A stretch of 64,000 nt of DNA from Stegostoma tigrinum (Eukaryota): NCBI RefSeq assembly GCF_030684315.1, contig NC_081386.1, positions 14,145,914 through 14,209,913 of the forward strand, given 5' to 3'. Numbering within the stretch: position 1 is the stretch's first letter; every line of letters begins with the position of its first letter. This document shows positions 23,412 to 35,582 of this stretch, one piece after another. The notes under the pieces are model-generated. The model did no database searches. It saw only the letters and a list, made by a program, of their open reading frames with translations, and had not been told where the DNA came from. Made by a program: the position numbers and the translations under genes.

Positions 23412-24594
23412 ATTGACTAGAAAAGTTGATGAGGGTCGAGCTGTGGATGTAAGGCATTTGATAAAGTTCCCCATGGTAGGTTCATTCAGAAGGTCAGGAG
23501 GAATGGGATACAGGAGAACTTAGATGTCTGGATACAGAGTTGGCTGGCCAACAGAAGGCAGCGAGTGGTAGTAGAAGGAAAATATTCTGCCTGTAAGTCA
23601 GTGGTGAGTGATGTTCCACAGGGCTCTGTCCTTGAGCCTCTACTGTTTGTAATTTTTATTAATGACTTGGATGAGGGGATTGAAGGATGGGTCAGCAAGT
23701 TTGCAAACGACACAAAGGTTGGAGGTGTCGTTGACAGTATAGAGGGCTGTTGTAGGCTGCAGCGGGACATTGACAGGATGCAGAGATGGGCAGAGAGGTG
23801 GCAGATGGAGTTCAACCTGGATAAATGCGAGGTGATGCATCTTGGAAGGTCGAATTTGAAAGCTGAGTACAGGATTAAGGATAGGATTCTTGGCAGTGTG
23901 GAGGAACAGAGGGATCTTGGTGTGCAGATACATAGATCCCTTAAAATGGCCACCCAAGTGGACAGGGTTGTTAAGAAAGCATATGGTGTTTTGGCTTTCA
24001 TTAACAGGGGGATTGAGTTTAAGAGTCGTGAGATCTTGTTGCAGCTCTATAAAACTTTGGTTAGACCGCACTTGGAATACTGCGTCCAGTTCTGGTCGTC
24101 CTATTATAGGAAAGATGTGGATGCTTTGGAGAGGGTTCAGAGGAGCCTTATCAGGATGCTGCCTGGACTGGAGGGCTTATCTTATGAAGAGAGGTTGACT
24201 GAGCTCGGACTTTTTTCATTGGAGAAAAGGAGGGGGAGAGGGGACCAAATTGAGGTATACAAGATAATGAGAGGCATAGATAGAGTTGATAGCCAGAAAC
24301 TATTTCCCAGGGCAGAAATGGCTAGCACGAGGGGTCATAGTTTTAAGCTGGTTGGAGGAAAGTATAGAGGGGATGTCAGAGGCGGGTTCTTTACACAGAG
24401 AGTTGTGAGAGCATGGAATGCGTTGCCAGCAGCAGTTGCGGAAGCAAGGTCATTGGGGTCATTTAAGAGACTACTGGACATGCATATGGTCACAGAAATT
24501 TGAGGGTGCATACATGAGGATCAATGGTCAGCACAACTTCGTGGGCTGAAGGGTCTGTTCTGTGCTGTACTGTTCTATGTTCTATGTTCTATGT
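23412..24594 (+). mobile_element. Young 5'-truncated CR1 LINE with a 312-aa open RT C-terminal frame and (TTCTATG)n tail
   Basis: ORF 23565-24503: 'VPQGSVL', 'KFANDTK', 'RPHLEYCVQFWS', 'FFTQRVVRAWNALP'. Confidence 0.95.
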
Positions 24595-25624
24595 TAACTG
24601 AACTTAAAAAGCTACTTCACACAAAAAAGTAAAGGAAATATGAAGATACCTTATAGATAAACGTTGGATTTCACATTTACACATTACTCTTGTCTTACAA
24701 TCAAATGCAATTGTCATTATGCAGTACTCTATAAAAAACATTAAACTGTCATTGAACCATTGCAGACTTTAAAAGTAGTGTTTTTAGAAGGAGCAGGCAA
24801 AAGCATTACTTTGTTGGATTTTATTCTTTAAATGAAATATGGTGGTGCAGTTGACACTAGAATATGAACAAATGTAGAAATATATTGTATTGAAGCCAGT
24901 GAACTGAAAATAAATTATGTCTGAATCATTGTGAAACATAATAATCCATTCCATAAAATCTTATGAATAAAAATGCTAATCACCATGCAAAACAAAAAAA
25001 AAAGCCCCTGTGTAAAAAGGACTGCTGTGAAGAAAACAGTGTTGCATTAAGCTGTGTGGACAATGAAAATGTCTCCAAGTGTTAGGGAGAACAATGTAAA
25101 AACTAATCTTTGGACAGTGTGAACAAGGTGACATGTGAACGTCAATAATGGTGACTTATAGCTTCCCACTGTTGTACTGATAAATCCTTCCAATATTACC
25201 ATAATATAAGTCACAGGGCTGGAGCATTGAAACAAATAATGACTAGAATACAAAGTGCATCACTTTGAGAGGCAATGTTACAATTGTAAGTGCCATTAAG
25301 GATTGTACAAGTGTGATCATGAGGTGTGCTAAGGCACTCTGATAAATTAGTGGAATTTTAATTGAGATCTTGGAGGATTGTGACAAGTTACAAGTAGTCA
25401 AGACAAAACTTGCAGTCATGTTTGTTAAAAAACTCAGTCAGTAATTGCTAAGCATGCTTAATTTTAATTTCTGAGTCGAAAGTCTCATTTTGTTTTTTCT
25501 TATATTTCTCACAGTTAAGAAACCAGCATTCACATCATGTGCCTAGCTCTGCAAATGTCATGTTTTGATTCTTAACACGAGAAATTTGCTTTCACATACT
25601 AAATAAGAAGTGTGAGATACTTAC

Positions 25625-25669
25625 CCTTTGTTCAGAATATCTTTTACGCTAATTTCTGGACTCAATCTC
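25625..25669 (-). CDS. CATSPER2: CATSPER2 coding exon 9 (45 bp)
   Basis: RLSPEISVKDILNKG; strong acceptor ttttcAG and donor GG|GTAAGT; phase 2/2 like the small mammalian exon at this position. Confidence 0.7.
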
Positions 25670-25729
25670 CTGAAAATGAGTAACAATAATAAGTTTGTTT
25701 TTGTTACACTCTCCTGTCTGGTTTCCCCA

Positions 25730-26010
25730 CTTCCTAGCAACTACATCCAAAAATGATGATCTCTAAAACATTTCCTAGGACACTGGTAATGTCTCACCAA
25801 GAAACCAAGCAGAACAAAGCAGGCTTCCATCCCAGAGTCCTGTCCAATAATTATCCCTTAACCAAGCTAATGTAAGCAGATAATCCAGCCACTATCATGT
25901 TACTGCTTGTGGGATGTTGCTGTGTTCATATTGGCCTCCACATTTCTTACAGTACAACAGTCACAAATATACTCCCTTGGCAGTGAAGGGCTTTGAGATG
26001 ACACTACTGT
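25730..26010 (+). mobile_element. Ancient DeuSINE-like fragment
   Basis: 'tgtgggatgttgctgtg...catttcttacagtacaacagt...ttggcagtgaagggctttgagatg' resembles the Deu-domain SINE core; related pieces near 4570-4720, 27830-28140 (minus), 29630-30220 and 45120-45330 (minus). Confidence 0.55.
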
Positions 26011-27202
26011 AAATGAATTCTGGCCATTTCTATTTCTTTCTCTGCCAGCAGTAAATCAGAATATAACTCCATCTAGACTCTGGGAATGAAATTTGGCCTG
26101 ACCTGTTGTTGTAAATTAATAGGCATCATCCAGGGATCAAAATGGCAGAATTTGGACTAAGAGATATCTTGGTGAAGGCTTTAGCATGCATGCAGTGAAT
26201 GATGTGGTAAGTAAGACAGATCATGGTGTTAATCATTTAAAGGAAGTGAGTAATTGTGGTATTTTCGCAGTGGACCACGCATAGCACCTTGTGATATTTG
26301 CTACCTCCACTAGTTGAGAAACAGAAACAGAAGAAAAAGGAAGAAAACGATTGCAGAAAAGCCAGCAGAAGGACCAAGGCCAGAAAGAAAGGTGTAAATA
26401 TTGTGGAAGAAATCACACAAATGCCCAGTGTGGGGAAGGCAGCTTTCTATCTGCAAGATGTCGCATCACTTTTCACACAGATGTTACACTAAAAAGAAGC
26501 AAAGATAGAAAATGACAGTTGGAGTGATGTCAGTCAATGATTCCAACTGGCACCATCAGGCCTGAAGATGATAAATGGTTTGTGGCTGTTAAATGATGAC
26601 GATAAAACATTAAGTGAATGCAAGTGTTAGATACACTGGTGTTTTGTCCAACTCAATGGCCTTTGCAGAGCTGTATGATGTGGCACAAGACGGTATCCCA
26701 AAAAAATGAAGACTCAAAAGTATAGATGAGTCTAGATGATGGAACAATACACAGACCAAGAGGACAAATTAAGCTGAGAGCCCAACACAGTAGGAAGAAT
26801 ACAGAGATAAATATCTGGTGTTCCAGAGAGTAGCATTCATTTCAGCTGAGGCTAGTCTACAGCCTGCACTAATAACCTCAATGTGCAGTATGGTGCAGGT
26901 CACTAATCTATTGACTGCTGAACAGATCCTAGAAGACTACAAAGCTGATTTTTACAAGACATGGATGTCTTTCTGATAAATATAATCTCGAATTGGATGA
27001 GAGTGTTGCAGAAGAGTAGCAATGCAGTCAGCAGTAACCTGTAAAAACACTGGTCACCAAAGGTAGGAAAGGGACCTATTTCAAAAAATGACATATGTTG
27101 GATAGAAAGAAATCACTTAAACTAATATGCAATGCAGTATCTTATTTATGTGACCCTAATTTTGCATATATTCAATATCAAAGAGGCTCATGCATAACAT
27201 AC

Positions 27203-27302
27203 CTCTGCATCATCTGTAGTTTAAAATGGTCTGCTTTTCGTTGGGTTTCAAGCTGTTTAATTTGTGTTGCTAGATCCTTCCTTATGGACTGAAAATTGCT
27301 CA
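27203..27302 (-). CDS. CATSPER2: CATSPER2 coding exon 8 (post-S6)
   Basis: (V)SNFQSIRKDLATQIKQLETQRKADHFKLQMMQ(R), matching mammalian TNFQNIRKEL...KADMFKRQIIQR; 100 bp with AG/GT borders. Confidence 0.93.
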
Positions 27303-28849
27303 CTGTGGGTAAAACAACAAGAAAAATTTGAAACTACAGAAAATCTTTTCAGATGAATTTTGAAATTGTAGTGTGGACGTTTCAATGATCAGTTTAAGTC
27401 TTTTGTTGGCAGTATTTCTGTTACTGTCCAGTAAAGTGTGCATGTTACCCAATTGGCTTACAATTATATTGAAACAGAGAACATTGTGCACAATGCAGAG
27501 TCTTCATATGTTTTTTTTCTCATTGTTTGTATAATAAATTGGACTCATCATATGTTCCATCAGTGTATTTTATGTGAAATTTCTGAAACTGAACATAATA
27601 TGCATTTCTATAAGTGACAACATGGGATAATTAGTCATGATAGGACCATGATGACCCTGAGTTCAAGCTTGGCTCCTGGCTTTGGACACCTTTCATTTCC
27701 TTACGTGGCCTTCTGAAAAGGAGTTAAGGTATGTTATTGTCTGGGACATCCTCTAAACCTCTGCATTCTATGAGGTGCCATCGCATTGTACAAGCAAAGG
27801 AAAAATATATTGTATTGATATCCTCCGGCCATCACAAAGATCTTCACAGCTAATGAAGTACTTTTGGAGTATAGCTGCACTGTTTATGTTCGCAGATCAG
27901 TGACAAATTGCACACTACAACGTTCACAATTATGTACAACATTGAGAAAAATTGGGCAGGATTCAAGAAGAACTCTTCTGCATTTTTCTTTAACTTCCAG
28001 CTCAGAAGCAGCTAAGGCTTCTGTTAATATCTTGTCTGAAAAGTCATCTCTCTGATGGTGCAATACTCATTCAATCCTACACTGAACTAAGATTTTACAG
28101 TATTGGCTATTGTATGAGGAATGAGGCTTGAACCTGCAAACTTCTACACAGAATAGGTGTTCTAATATTTGCACTATAGCAAGAATATGTATGTTACTGA
28201 GATGATGACGTCTTCAATGACATCAGCCATGATCTGCTAGTGAGACTGAGCATGGACAGTAGAGAGGTAATACAAAGATTCATATTCTGTACAATAGCAT
28301 GCAGCTAAAAAAAAAGTTTATTGGGATTTGAGAGATAAAGCAATGTTGTCTCTTAAAGTAGAGGCAGAAATGCAGCAGACTCAGAGTGAGGATAGCCTTG
28401 TGTAAAAGAACATCCTCTGCACTGCAGGATTTAACATGACTCTCAAAGCACAAGTAGGAGAATCCATAAGGATGGCACAACTAAGGGCTGTATGCATGCA
28501 GGCAGATCCATCTATGGTGTCAGCCTGAACCACCATTCAACTAATGTTGTCACATCGTCTTGAGATACAGTTATTGTGTGGAACACAAACAGTGATTTAT
28601 ACCTTCCCCTTTTGGAATCTGTTCTATGCGACACTCTAAATGAACATCATGTATCTAGGCTGAATGACAAGGATTTCTTGTGCAAAGTCCCTTAGAGGCT
28701 TCCTTCAATCCAGATTTTTCATTCACTGAATTTCCCACATTTCATACCCCACTGTCCCCTGCGTTGCCAGCTGTTTCGATACAGTTTGCAGATGAAATCT
28801 GCTTCAAAAGCATCTGATCACTATGCTGCCATTTAGAGGCTAATTTCAG

Positions 28850-29200
28850 TTTTTTAAATTCATTCATTGGATACAGGCATTGTTGGCTAGGCTGGCGTTT
28901 ATTGCCCACCCCTAATTGCCCAGAGGTCAGTTAAGAGTCAATCACATTGCAATGGGTCAGGAGTTACATGTAGGCCAGACCAGGTAAGAATGAAAATTTT
29001 CTTCCCCAGAGGATTTTAGTGAACCAGGTGGGCTTTTACCACAATCGACAATTAATCCCAGAATCTTCTCATTGACACTTGATTCCAGATTTTTATTAAA
29101 TTCAGATTCCACCATCTATGGAATTTGAACGCTGGTCCCCAGGACATCACTTGGGTGTCTGGATTAATATTCTAGCAATAACGCCAGCAGGCCATCACTT
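28850..29200. mobile_element. LINE-derived interspersed repeat (related pieces near 6175-6290, 38030-38600, 51505-51610)
   Basis: Recurrent 'ggc...tttattgccca.ccctaattgccc' and 'gtggtgagc' sequence; family not identified. Confidence 0.5.
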
Positions 29201-29757
29201 TGGAACAAAACTAAACCCATTTCTTTTACCATTCAATTCCCCTTAACTCATTCTCATTTCTTTGCTTCTCCTAAAGGTTTTGAGCAATATGATAATCTGG
29301 TTCCACGGCTATCATCATTGTCCAGCTGCTCACTTAAGAGATCAATATTCCTATCTAATGCACCTGAAAGGAGGTTCCAGAAGTCTACTTGTCCATGGAT
29401 ACCATTACTGCTATACCTACCATGGCCTTACCAAACATCCATACTTTGGTGATTGCTAGAAGTTACTGGAATCATGGTAGATTCTTCTCCAGACATTATA
29501 GCACTGCTTCAATGACTGAAACTGACAGTGAAGTTCTGAGGTTTTTCTAGGTCTTTCTGATTAAATCATACACAATTATATTGTAATTACCCATTAGTGG
29601 GAAGAACAGAAATCCTCACAATCGTTTGACCATCCTCACTGGTAGCTCATTGGGTAAGAATATTGTGAGTTCAAATACTGTTCCAAAGACAGGAGCAGCA
29701 AACTAATCTAGGTTGAGGCTTCAGTGCAATACACAGGAAGTGCTGCACACCCAGAGA

Positions 29758-29980
29758 GATGTGAAGCTGGATGAACACAGCAGGCCAAGCAGCATCTTGG
29801 GAGCACAAAAACTGACGTTTCGGGCCCAGGCCCTTCATCAGAGATGAAGCCTCTCTGATGAAGGATCTAGGCCCGAAACGTCAGCTTTTGTGCTCCTGAG
29901 ATGCTGCTTGGCCTGCTGTGTTCATCCAGCTTCACACTTTGTTACCTTGGATTCTCCAGCATCTGCAGTTCCCATTATCA
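29758..29980. mobile_element. Palindromic Penelope-like terminal insertion with hammerhead motifs (29814-29841 minus, 29855-29882 plus), inside an older SINE
   Basis: About 85-bp inverted arms; same family as 10654-10891. Confidence 0.88.
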
Positions 29981-30409
29981 CAGTCAGAGAGGTGTTGTCT
30001 TTCAGATAGGATGACAATGGAGTTATCTCTGTCTTTAATATCACTCAATCAATGTCACCAAAGCTGATTAACTGATCACTGCAGTCTGCGGGGCCTTGTT
30101 ATGCACAAACCTGCTGCCATGTTTTCTGCATTAGGAAAAAGAATGACCACACATCAAATAAAGTGCTTCATTGGCTGTGATGTTTTGGATATGCTGAGAT
30201 TATGAAAGTCACCGTAAAAAAAACAAGCTGTTCTTTTTGACCACATAATTTGATGTATAGTCCTGAACGTTATATTAAAATGATTAGTTAATGAGGTTTC
30301 TAAATGCTCTAAAACATGAAAACAAAGCAAAGTGCTGCAGATGTTAGAAATCTAAAATAAAGACAGAAAGAATGGAGAGAACTTCAGCAGTTTTTGCTTT
30401 TACTGCTCC

Positions 30410-31295
30410 TGTTATGATCACAACTGATGTTATTCCTGTACCAGTCAAATCCCAGATTGAAATTTAGCCATGTAGATTATTATTAGTTTTCTTCAATTAA
30501 TGAGGTTGTCTTTCACTGAAACATGAAAAGGAAAGCTTCAGATTTGATTCTCACAACAGAATAGAAGTTTATTACACAAATGAAAAGTGGATAATATATT
30601 TTAAGCTGAGCTATTTACCTTTAGCACAAGTTGAAAGATTTCATAACAGAGTAAAATTACAATCCCATCTTTCCGAACATCATCACATTATAGGGCTCAA
30701 AAAACTTGAGAGAGTTTGGTTCTCAGTCACATCTATAAGTTTAACTTAACTGTTTCTATGAATTCCCTGTCTTGACAGTTTGATAGCCTTTTTCTTGAAT
30801 ATACGTATAACTTGAGTTTAGACTTTTCAGCATTGAATAATTCATTCAGGGAGTTAAACAAGTAATTGTGGTCTGAAACTTTAAAATTGAAATCTTAACA
30901 CTGAGTTAACCTATTTCCTAATTTTTCTGAATAAGCTCCATTCTTTAGGAGAAACTGTTTGAAATGTCTTACTTCAAGCAGGGCTTCTGCAAACTGAAAA
31001 GAAAATCCTCCAATTTATGAGATTTTCTCAAAGCAAAAAATAATTTCCAAACTGAAAGCCAAATAATGTCCTTCAATGTTCACTCAGTCCATCTCTTGAA
31101 ACGTGCCAATGTCACCAAACTCCCATTATCATCCAAGGAAGTCCCTCTTTCATGCTGTTTGATTTTAAAAGTTATGTCTCCAGAAATATTGACAATTTAA
31201 TCATTCAACACCTCACACACACAGGCCAAAATCAACCTGCCATTAGGTCAAAATCCAACTCTACAATATTATATAAAACCCACATCTTATATCAC
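30410..31295. mobile_element. Possible solo LTR
   Basis: Begins TGTTATGATC and ends TATCACA (TG...CA); AT-rich and non-coding; no clear TSD. Confidence 0.35.
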
Positions 31296-31410
31296 ACTCA
31301 AACATGTTAACTTTTTGTACATAATGTAAACAAACAAGAACTAAGCCTTTTAACATCTTATCCATTCTATACTGCTAACACTGAACTTAAATGTCCAATG
31401 CTTTGCTTAC

Positions 31411-31589
31411 CCATTATCCCAACAATTATATTTCTGAAAATGAAGGAACCGATCAGGATCCAGAGCATTATGTATATCCCACTTGCAATTTTGTCAATTT
31501 CATCAACCTGCCATATGTCGGTGAGCAGAGCATACCAATGGTCCAAGGTAAATAACTGGAAGAGGGTCTGTAATGTGTGCAGGATACCC
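31411..31589 (-). CDS. CATSPER2: CATSPER2 coding exon 7 (pore loop and S6)
   Basis: GILHTLQTLFQLFTLDHWYALLTDIWQVDEIDKIASGIYIMLWILIGSFIFRNIIVGIM; CatSper2 selectivity motif TLDHW; 179 bp. Confidence 0.97.
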
Positions 31590-32369
31590 CTGGTAAGAAA
31601 AAAATGTTTTGTGTAAAGCTACTTGTTTTCTATTACATAATAACAAAGTAAATCAAAGTATATACTTCTTTCCCCAGTATTTCTTCCCTTATATGTCAGT
31701 GATCATTTTATTTTTCACCTTTCTTATCTTCACCAGATGTTGAACTCACCAATTCAGATCATTATTCAACAGCGTTTTAGCTGTTCAATTAACCTCCTGT
31801 TGCCTGCCACACCTATTTCACAGAGACTGGATGGTAACTCCTCTGCAGCTAGAGAAATGAAAGCTGTGGAACTGTCAGCATTGTATCTTTGCTGACAGTG
31901 AAGTACAAAATCAAACCATTTCCAGTGACACAATTAATCACACCAGTAAGAAACCTATATTTCAATCAAAAGTTGCAATTAGCCCATCTAGGCTAAACTT
32001 GCCATTTGAAATCCTTGCAATTGGTTACACTCAGTTGGAGCTCGAAAGCAGCATCACCGTACAGCATGCAACCTTAGCATCTTGCCTGGCAGTATCAGGA
32101 TCTGAGAACCACAGTCAGTGAAGCCCTGCTTTAGGTGTATCTCAGAAAAGTGTATACTCAGTTAGAAGACTCCGAAGCATTCTTTCAGAATTATACATTT
32201 GGTCCCTTCGTCCACGTTATTGATACAAACAGTGGTTCCAATAGTGATTCCAGTGGCACACCACCCATCACATCTCGCAACTTGAAATGTTTTGAACCTC
32301 TCCTGCCCCCCAACCCCTGGTTCTTTTTAGCCAACCAATGTTAATGTGTTCACATGTACACATGGAGGT

Positions 32370-33000
32370 ACCGGTGTTGCACTGGGGTTAGCAAAGTCAG
32401 AAGTCACTCAAATACAGCAAGCGTACAACGCAAAAGAAGACCTTATATTGTAGATATTAAATGCCAGAAGTCACATGATACCATGTTCCAGTCCAACAGG
32501 TTTATTTTAAATCATAAGCTTTTGGAATGCAGTCCTTTGTTCAGGTGAAGTGACAGAGCAGCACACAGTCGCAGAACGTATCCGCAGAGAGATCAATGGC
32601 AGAGGGATGAATACATCATACAAATGGCATGAGTGGAGTGTCGAATAATGAGTCTCTGCGGGTGATCAAAAGTGTCAGACGGGGTGAATAAAATGTCAAT
32701 GGCTGAATAACAAGTGAAAGGATGATAATCTGTTTAAATGAGGCAGAGAGATCATTACAAAATATTAAAACTAAGGTGGTGCTGGAGACAAACCAAATGA
32801 CTGGAATAATAGAAAAGACAAAAGAACCTGTAAATCGGGAAAAAAAAACAGAAGTTGCTGGAAAAACTCAGCAGGTCTGGCAGCATCTGTGAAGAAAATA
32901 TCAGAGTTCATGTTTCTGGTCCAGTGACCCTTCCTCACGACTCTTGGAGTGTAGCCCCGTTTTCAGGTGAATTGACAGAGCAGCACACAGACACAGAATC
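32370..33000 (-). mobile_element. Nested older Penelope-like termini of two other families
   Basis: Decayed hammerhead-like cores on the minus strand (CCTGAACAAAGGA...TCCAAAAGCTT at about 32517-32547; GTGAGGAAGGGTCACTGGACCAGAAACATG at about 32909-32938); 'gacagagcagcacacag' is repeated. Confidence 0.55.
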
Positions 33001-33824
33001 ATTCAGAGGAAGGCACACTTAGCTAATATTCTTGACACAAGAAATCGACGGAGATATGTGTTCCTGACTAAAGATCAGCAGAGAAGGCACAGAACATTCT
33101 GGCAGATGAAACCTGGCTAACATTTTGAGAGACTAAGTTTTAATTATTTTTTATTATTTTGATTTATATAAGTGGGACTTAGATTTATTGGAACAGCATA
33201 CCATTAGAATTTTGTTTTGTTTGGGAATAGTTAGTAGTTAATTGTGAATTGTTCAGTTTGTTACTGGTTCAGTTAATTTATTCTCTCTTAGAGCTAGATA
33301 AATAGATTGTTACTTGTTGATTATAGAGTGAGTGAAAGCAGTTCATTTCATTTAACCACTCCTTTATAACAGCTTGAGGGTGACAGGCAGGTTATACCAC
33401 TTTTCACACTTTTTTTAACAGATTAAGAGGTAAGGTGAGCCTCTTTGGGTATTTTGGTTTTAGTTATTAGGGCTGGGCATTGACCTCTGCTTTATAACAA
33501 TATAGATGAAGAATATATAAAACGAAAGATTACTAAAGGCACTTGTCATGAATTAGTCTAAATCAGAAATGATGGTATTAATTCTTACCCTCTTTGATAA
33601 CTGTGGCATTGACAAAACTAAGTGTTCTTAACTATATTAGACATAAACAAAGCACAAAGCTGTATAAAGGTATGTTTGAAATGTCAATTTCTCCAATTAA
33701 TGTTACAATGTGCAGCTGGTGTAGGAAATGCTGTACATTACAATTTGCAGAAATCTCCTGTGTTTGCGATTAAGGCATAGTGTGAACAGCACAGAGAGGG
33801 TTATCACTGCAGGTATTTGGTCAG

Positions 33825-34162
33825 TCATAGTCATAAAGTCATATAGCACGGAAACAGACCCTTCAGGCTAACCAGTCCATGCTGACCATATTGCAAACTA
33901 GACTAGTACCACCTGCCTGCACATATCCGTCCAAAAATTTCTTATTCATGTAATCATAAAAATGTCCTTCTAACACTGTTATCGCATCCATCAATTCCAC
34001 TGGAATTTCATTCCACAAGTGAACCACTCTCTGTGTAAGAAAGTTGCCCTTCATGTCCCTTTCTAAAATCTTTCTCCTCTCACCTTAAAAATATATCCCC
34101 TTATCTTAAAATGCCCCACTCTTAGCAAAGGACACCTGCTATTCACCCTATTTGTACCCTTG
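33825..34162 (-). mobile_element. CR1-type LINE 3' end
   Basis: ORF 33863-34054 'KGNFLTQRVVHLWNEIP' with a (TATGAC)-type tail. Confidence 0.8.
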
Positions 34163-34546
34163 GTGGCAAGTTGAATGCTTGCACGTTTCCCAGGAAATTA
34201 ATAATTACAGAGATTCCCAGGCGAGTAATGTTTAAAGCAGGTACCCAAGAGGTTTAAATTTAGACAGGGTTCTTGGGAAATGAGGTACCTAACCTAGAGT
34301 ATGAATGATGAAGACTTGGTTTTATTGTATTTCACAATTTAGCAGTAAGAGTAGCCAATTCTATCTTTATTTGTAATATTGAAGAAAGAAATCCTCACAT
34401 TTCTGGACATTCTTGAAGTAGGTTGAATTAATAGACCATTGCAGGGTTCCTCCTGGTACTTGTCTTATTGAAATAAGCCATGTATGGAAATAGTTATTTC
34501 TGATAAAAGCCATATCATTTTAAAAAAATTTTTAAAATGTATTTAC

Positions 34547-34671
34547 CTAAAAGATGAGTGGTAAATAAGTCCTGGTTTGTCAGATTCAGTGTAAGTACGA
34601 AAAAGTGACACTCCAACCACTGCAAACATGTAAGCAAATATCAACACCAACAGCAGGATGAATGTCATTGT
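34547..34671 (-). CDS. CATSPER2: CATSPER2 coding exon 6 (S5)
   Basis: TMTFILLLVLIFAYMFAVVGVSLFRTYTESDKPGLIYHSSF(R); 125 bp with AG/GT borders. Confidence 0.95.
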
Positions 34672-35161
34672 CTAGAATGGATACAAAATACATTGTCAAC
34701 TTGTCACATATGTACAGGTAAAACACAACATCTATCCTTAGTTTCATGTTAATAATGAAAACTAATGAAAGTACTCAGTGAGTAAATAGAAAATTATCAA
34801 ACGACAAAGTGCTTTTTGGAATAACTGGAAATCCAGAAGGCATTTAAAATAGCTCTGAATTTCTTTATTCTTGGCATGTACATCTGTAGAAAAGAAATTA
34901 AGAATATGGTGAAGTAGATAGAAAGTCTGGCAGAAGCCACAAGTGCTGAATCTCCATCCTAAATAGCTCAATAGAAAAATCTTGATTATGTCTAGAGTGC
35001 ATGGGACTTATGTATGCCCCATGAGACTGGAAGGGGTAGAGCAGGTGTGATTGCCTTTACAGTGAGAAATCCTGCAGATCCCACCTCCAGAGAAACTACA
35101 AGAGCGAAAGCCAACAAAAGCACAGGTTGCAAATGAAACCCACCAAGGTTTGAGGACAGGA

Positions 35162-35582
35162 TCATAAGAACAGAGAAACAGGAGCAGGAATAGGCCATCT
35201 GGTTTATTGAGCCTGCTTTGCCATTCACTAAAATCACAGGCTGATCTTTTCATCGAATCAGCTCCATCTATCCACACGCTCACCATAGCCCTTAAGCCCT
35301 TTACTGCGCAAAAATCTATCTATCCTTGACTTAGAAACATTCAGCAACGTAGCCTCAATTGCTTCATTGTACAGGGAATTCCACAAATTCACAACTGTTT
35401 GGGTGAAGAAGCTCCTCCTCAAATCAATCCTAAATCTGCTCCCCCAATTTTGAGGCTCTGCCTTATAGTTTTAGTTTTACCCGCCAGTGGAAACAAATTC
35501 CCTGCTTCTATCTTATCTATTCCTTTCATAATTTTGCATGTTTCTATAAAATCCACCCGATTCTTCCAACCTCCAATGAGTA
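35162..35582 (-). mobile_element. CR1-type LINE 3' fragment
   Basis: Reverse complement contains cttcttcaccca...gttgtgaatttgtggaattccct and a CR1-like 3' end. Confidence 0.75.

Noticed and set aside
23486-24198. Overlapping ORFs of 171, 143 and 102 aa
   Set aside because: Shadow frames of the CR1 reverse transcriptase ORF
28600-28800. Minus-strand AG...GT bounded block considered as a CATSPER2 exon
   Set aside because: No similarity to CATSPER2; the true exon was found at 27203-27302
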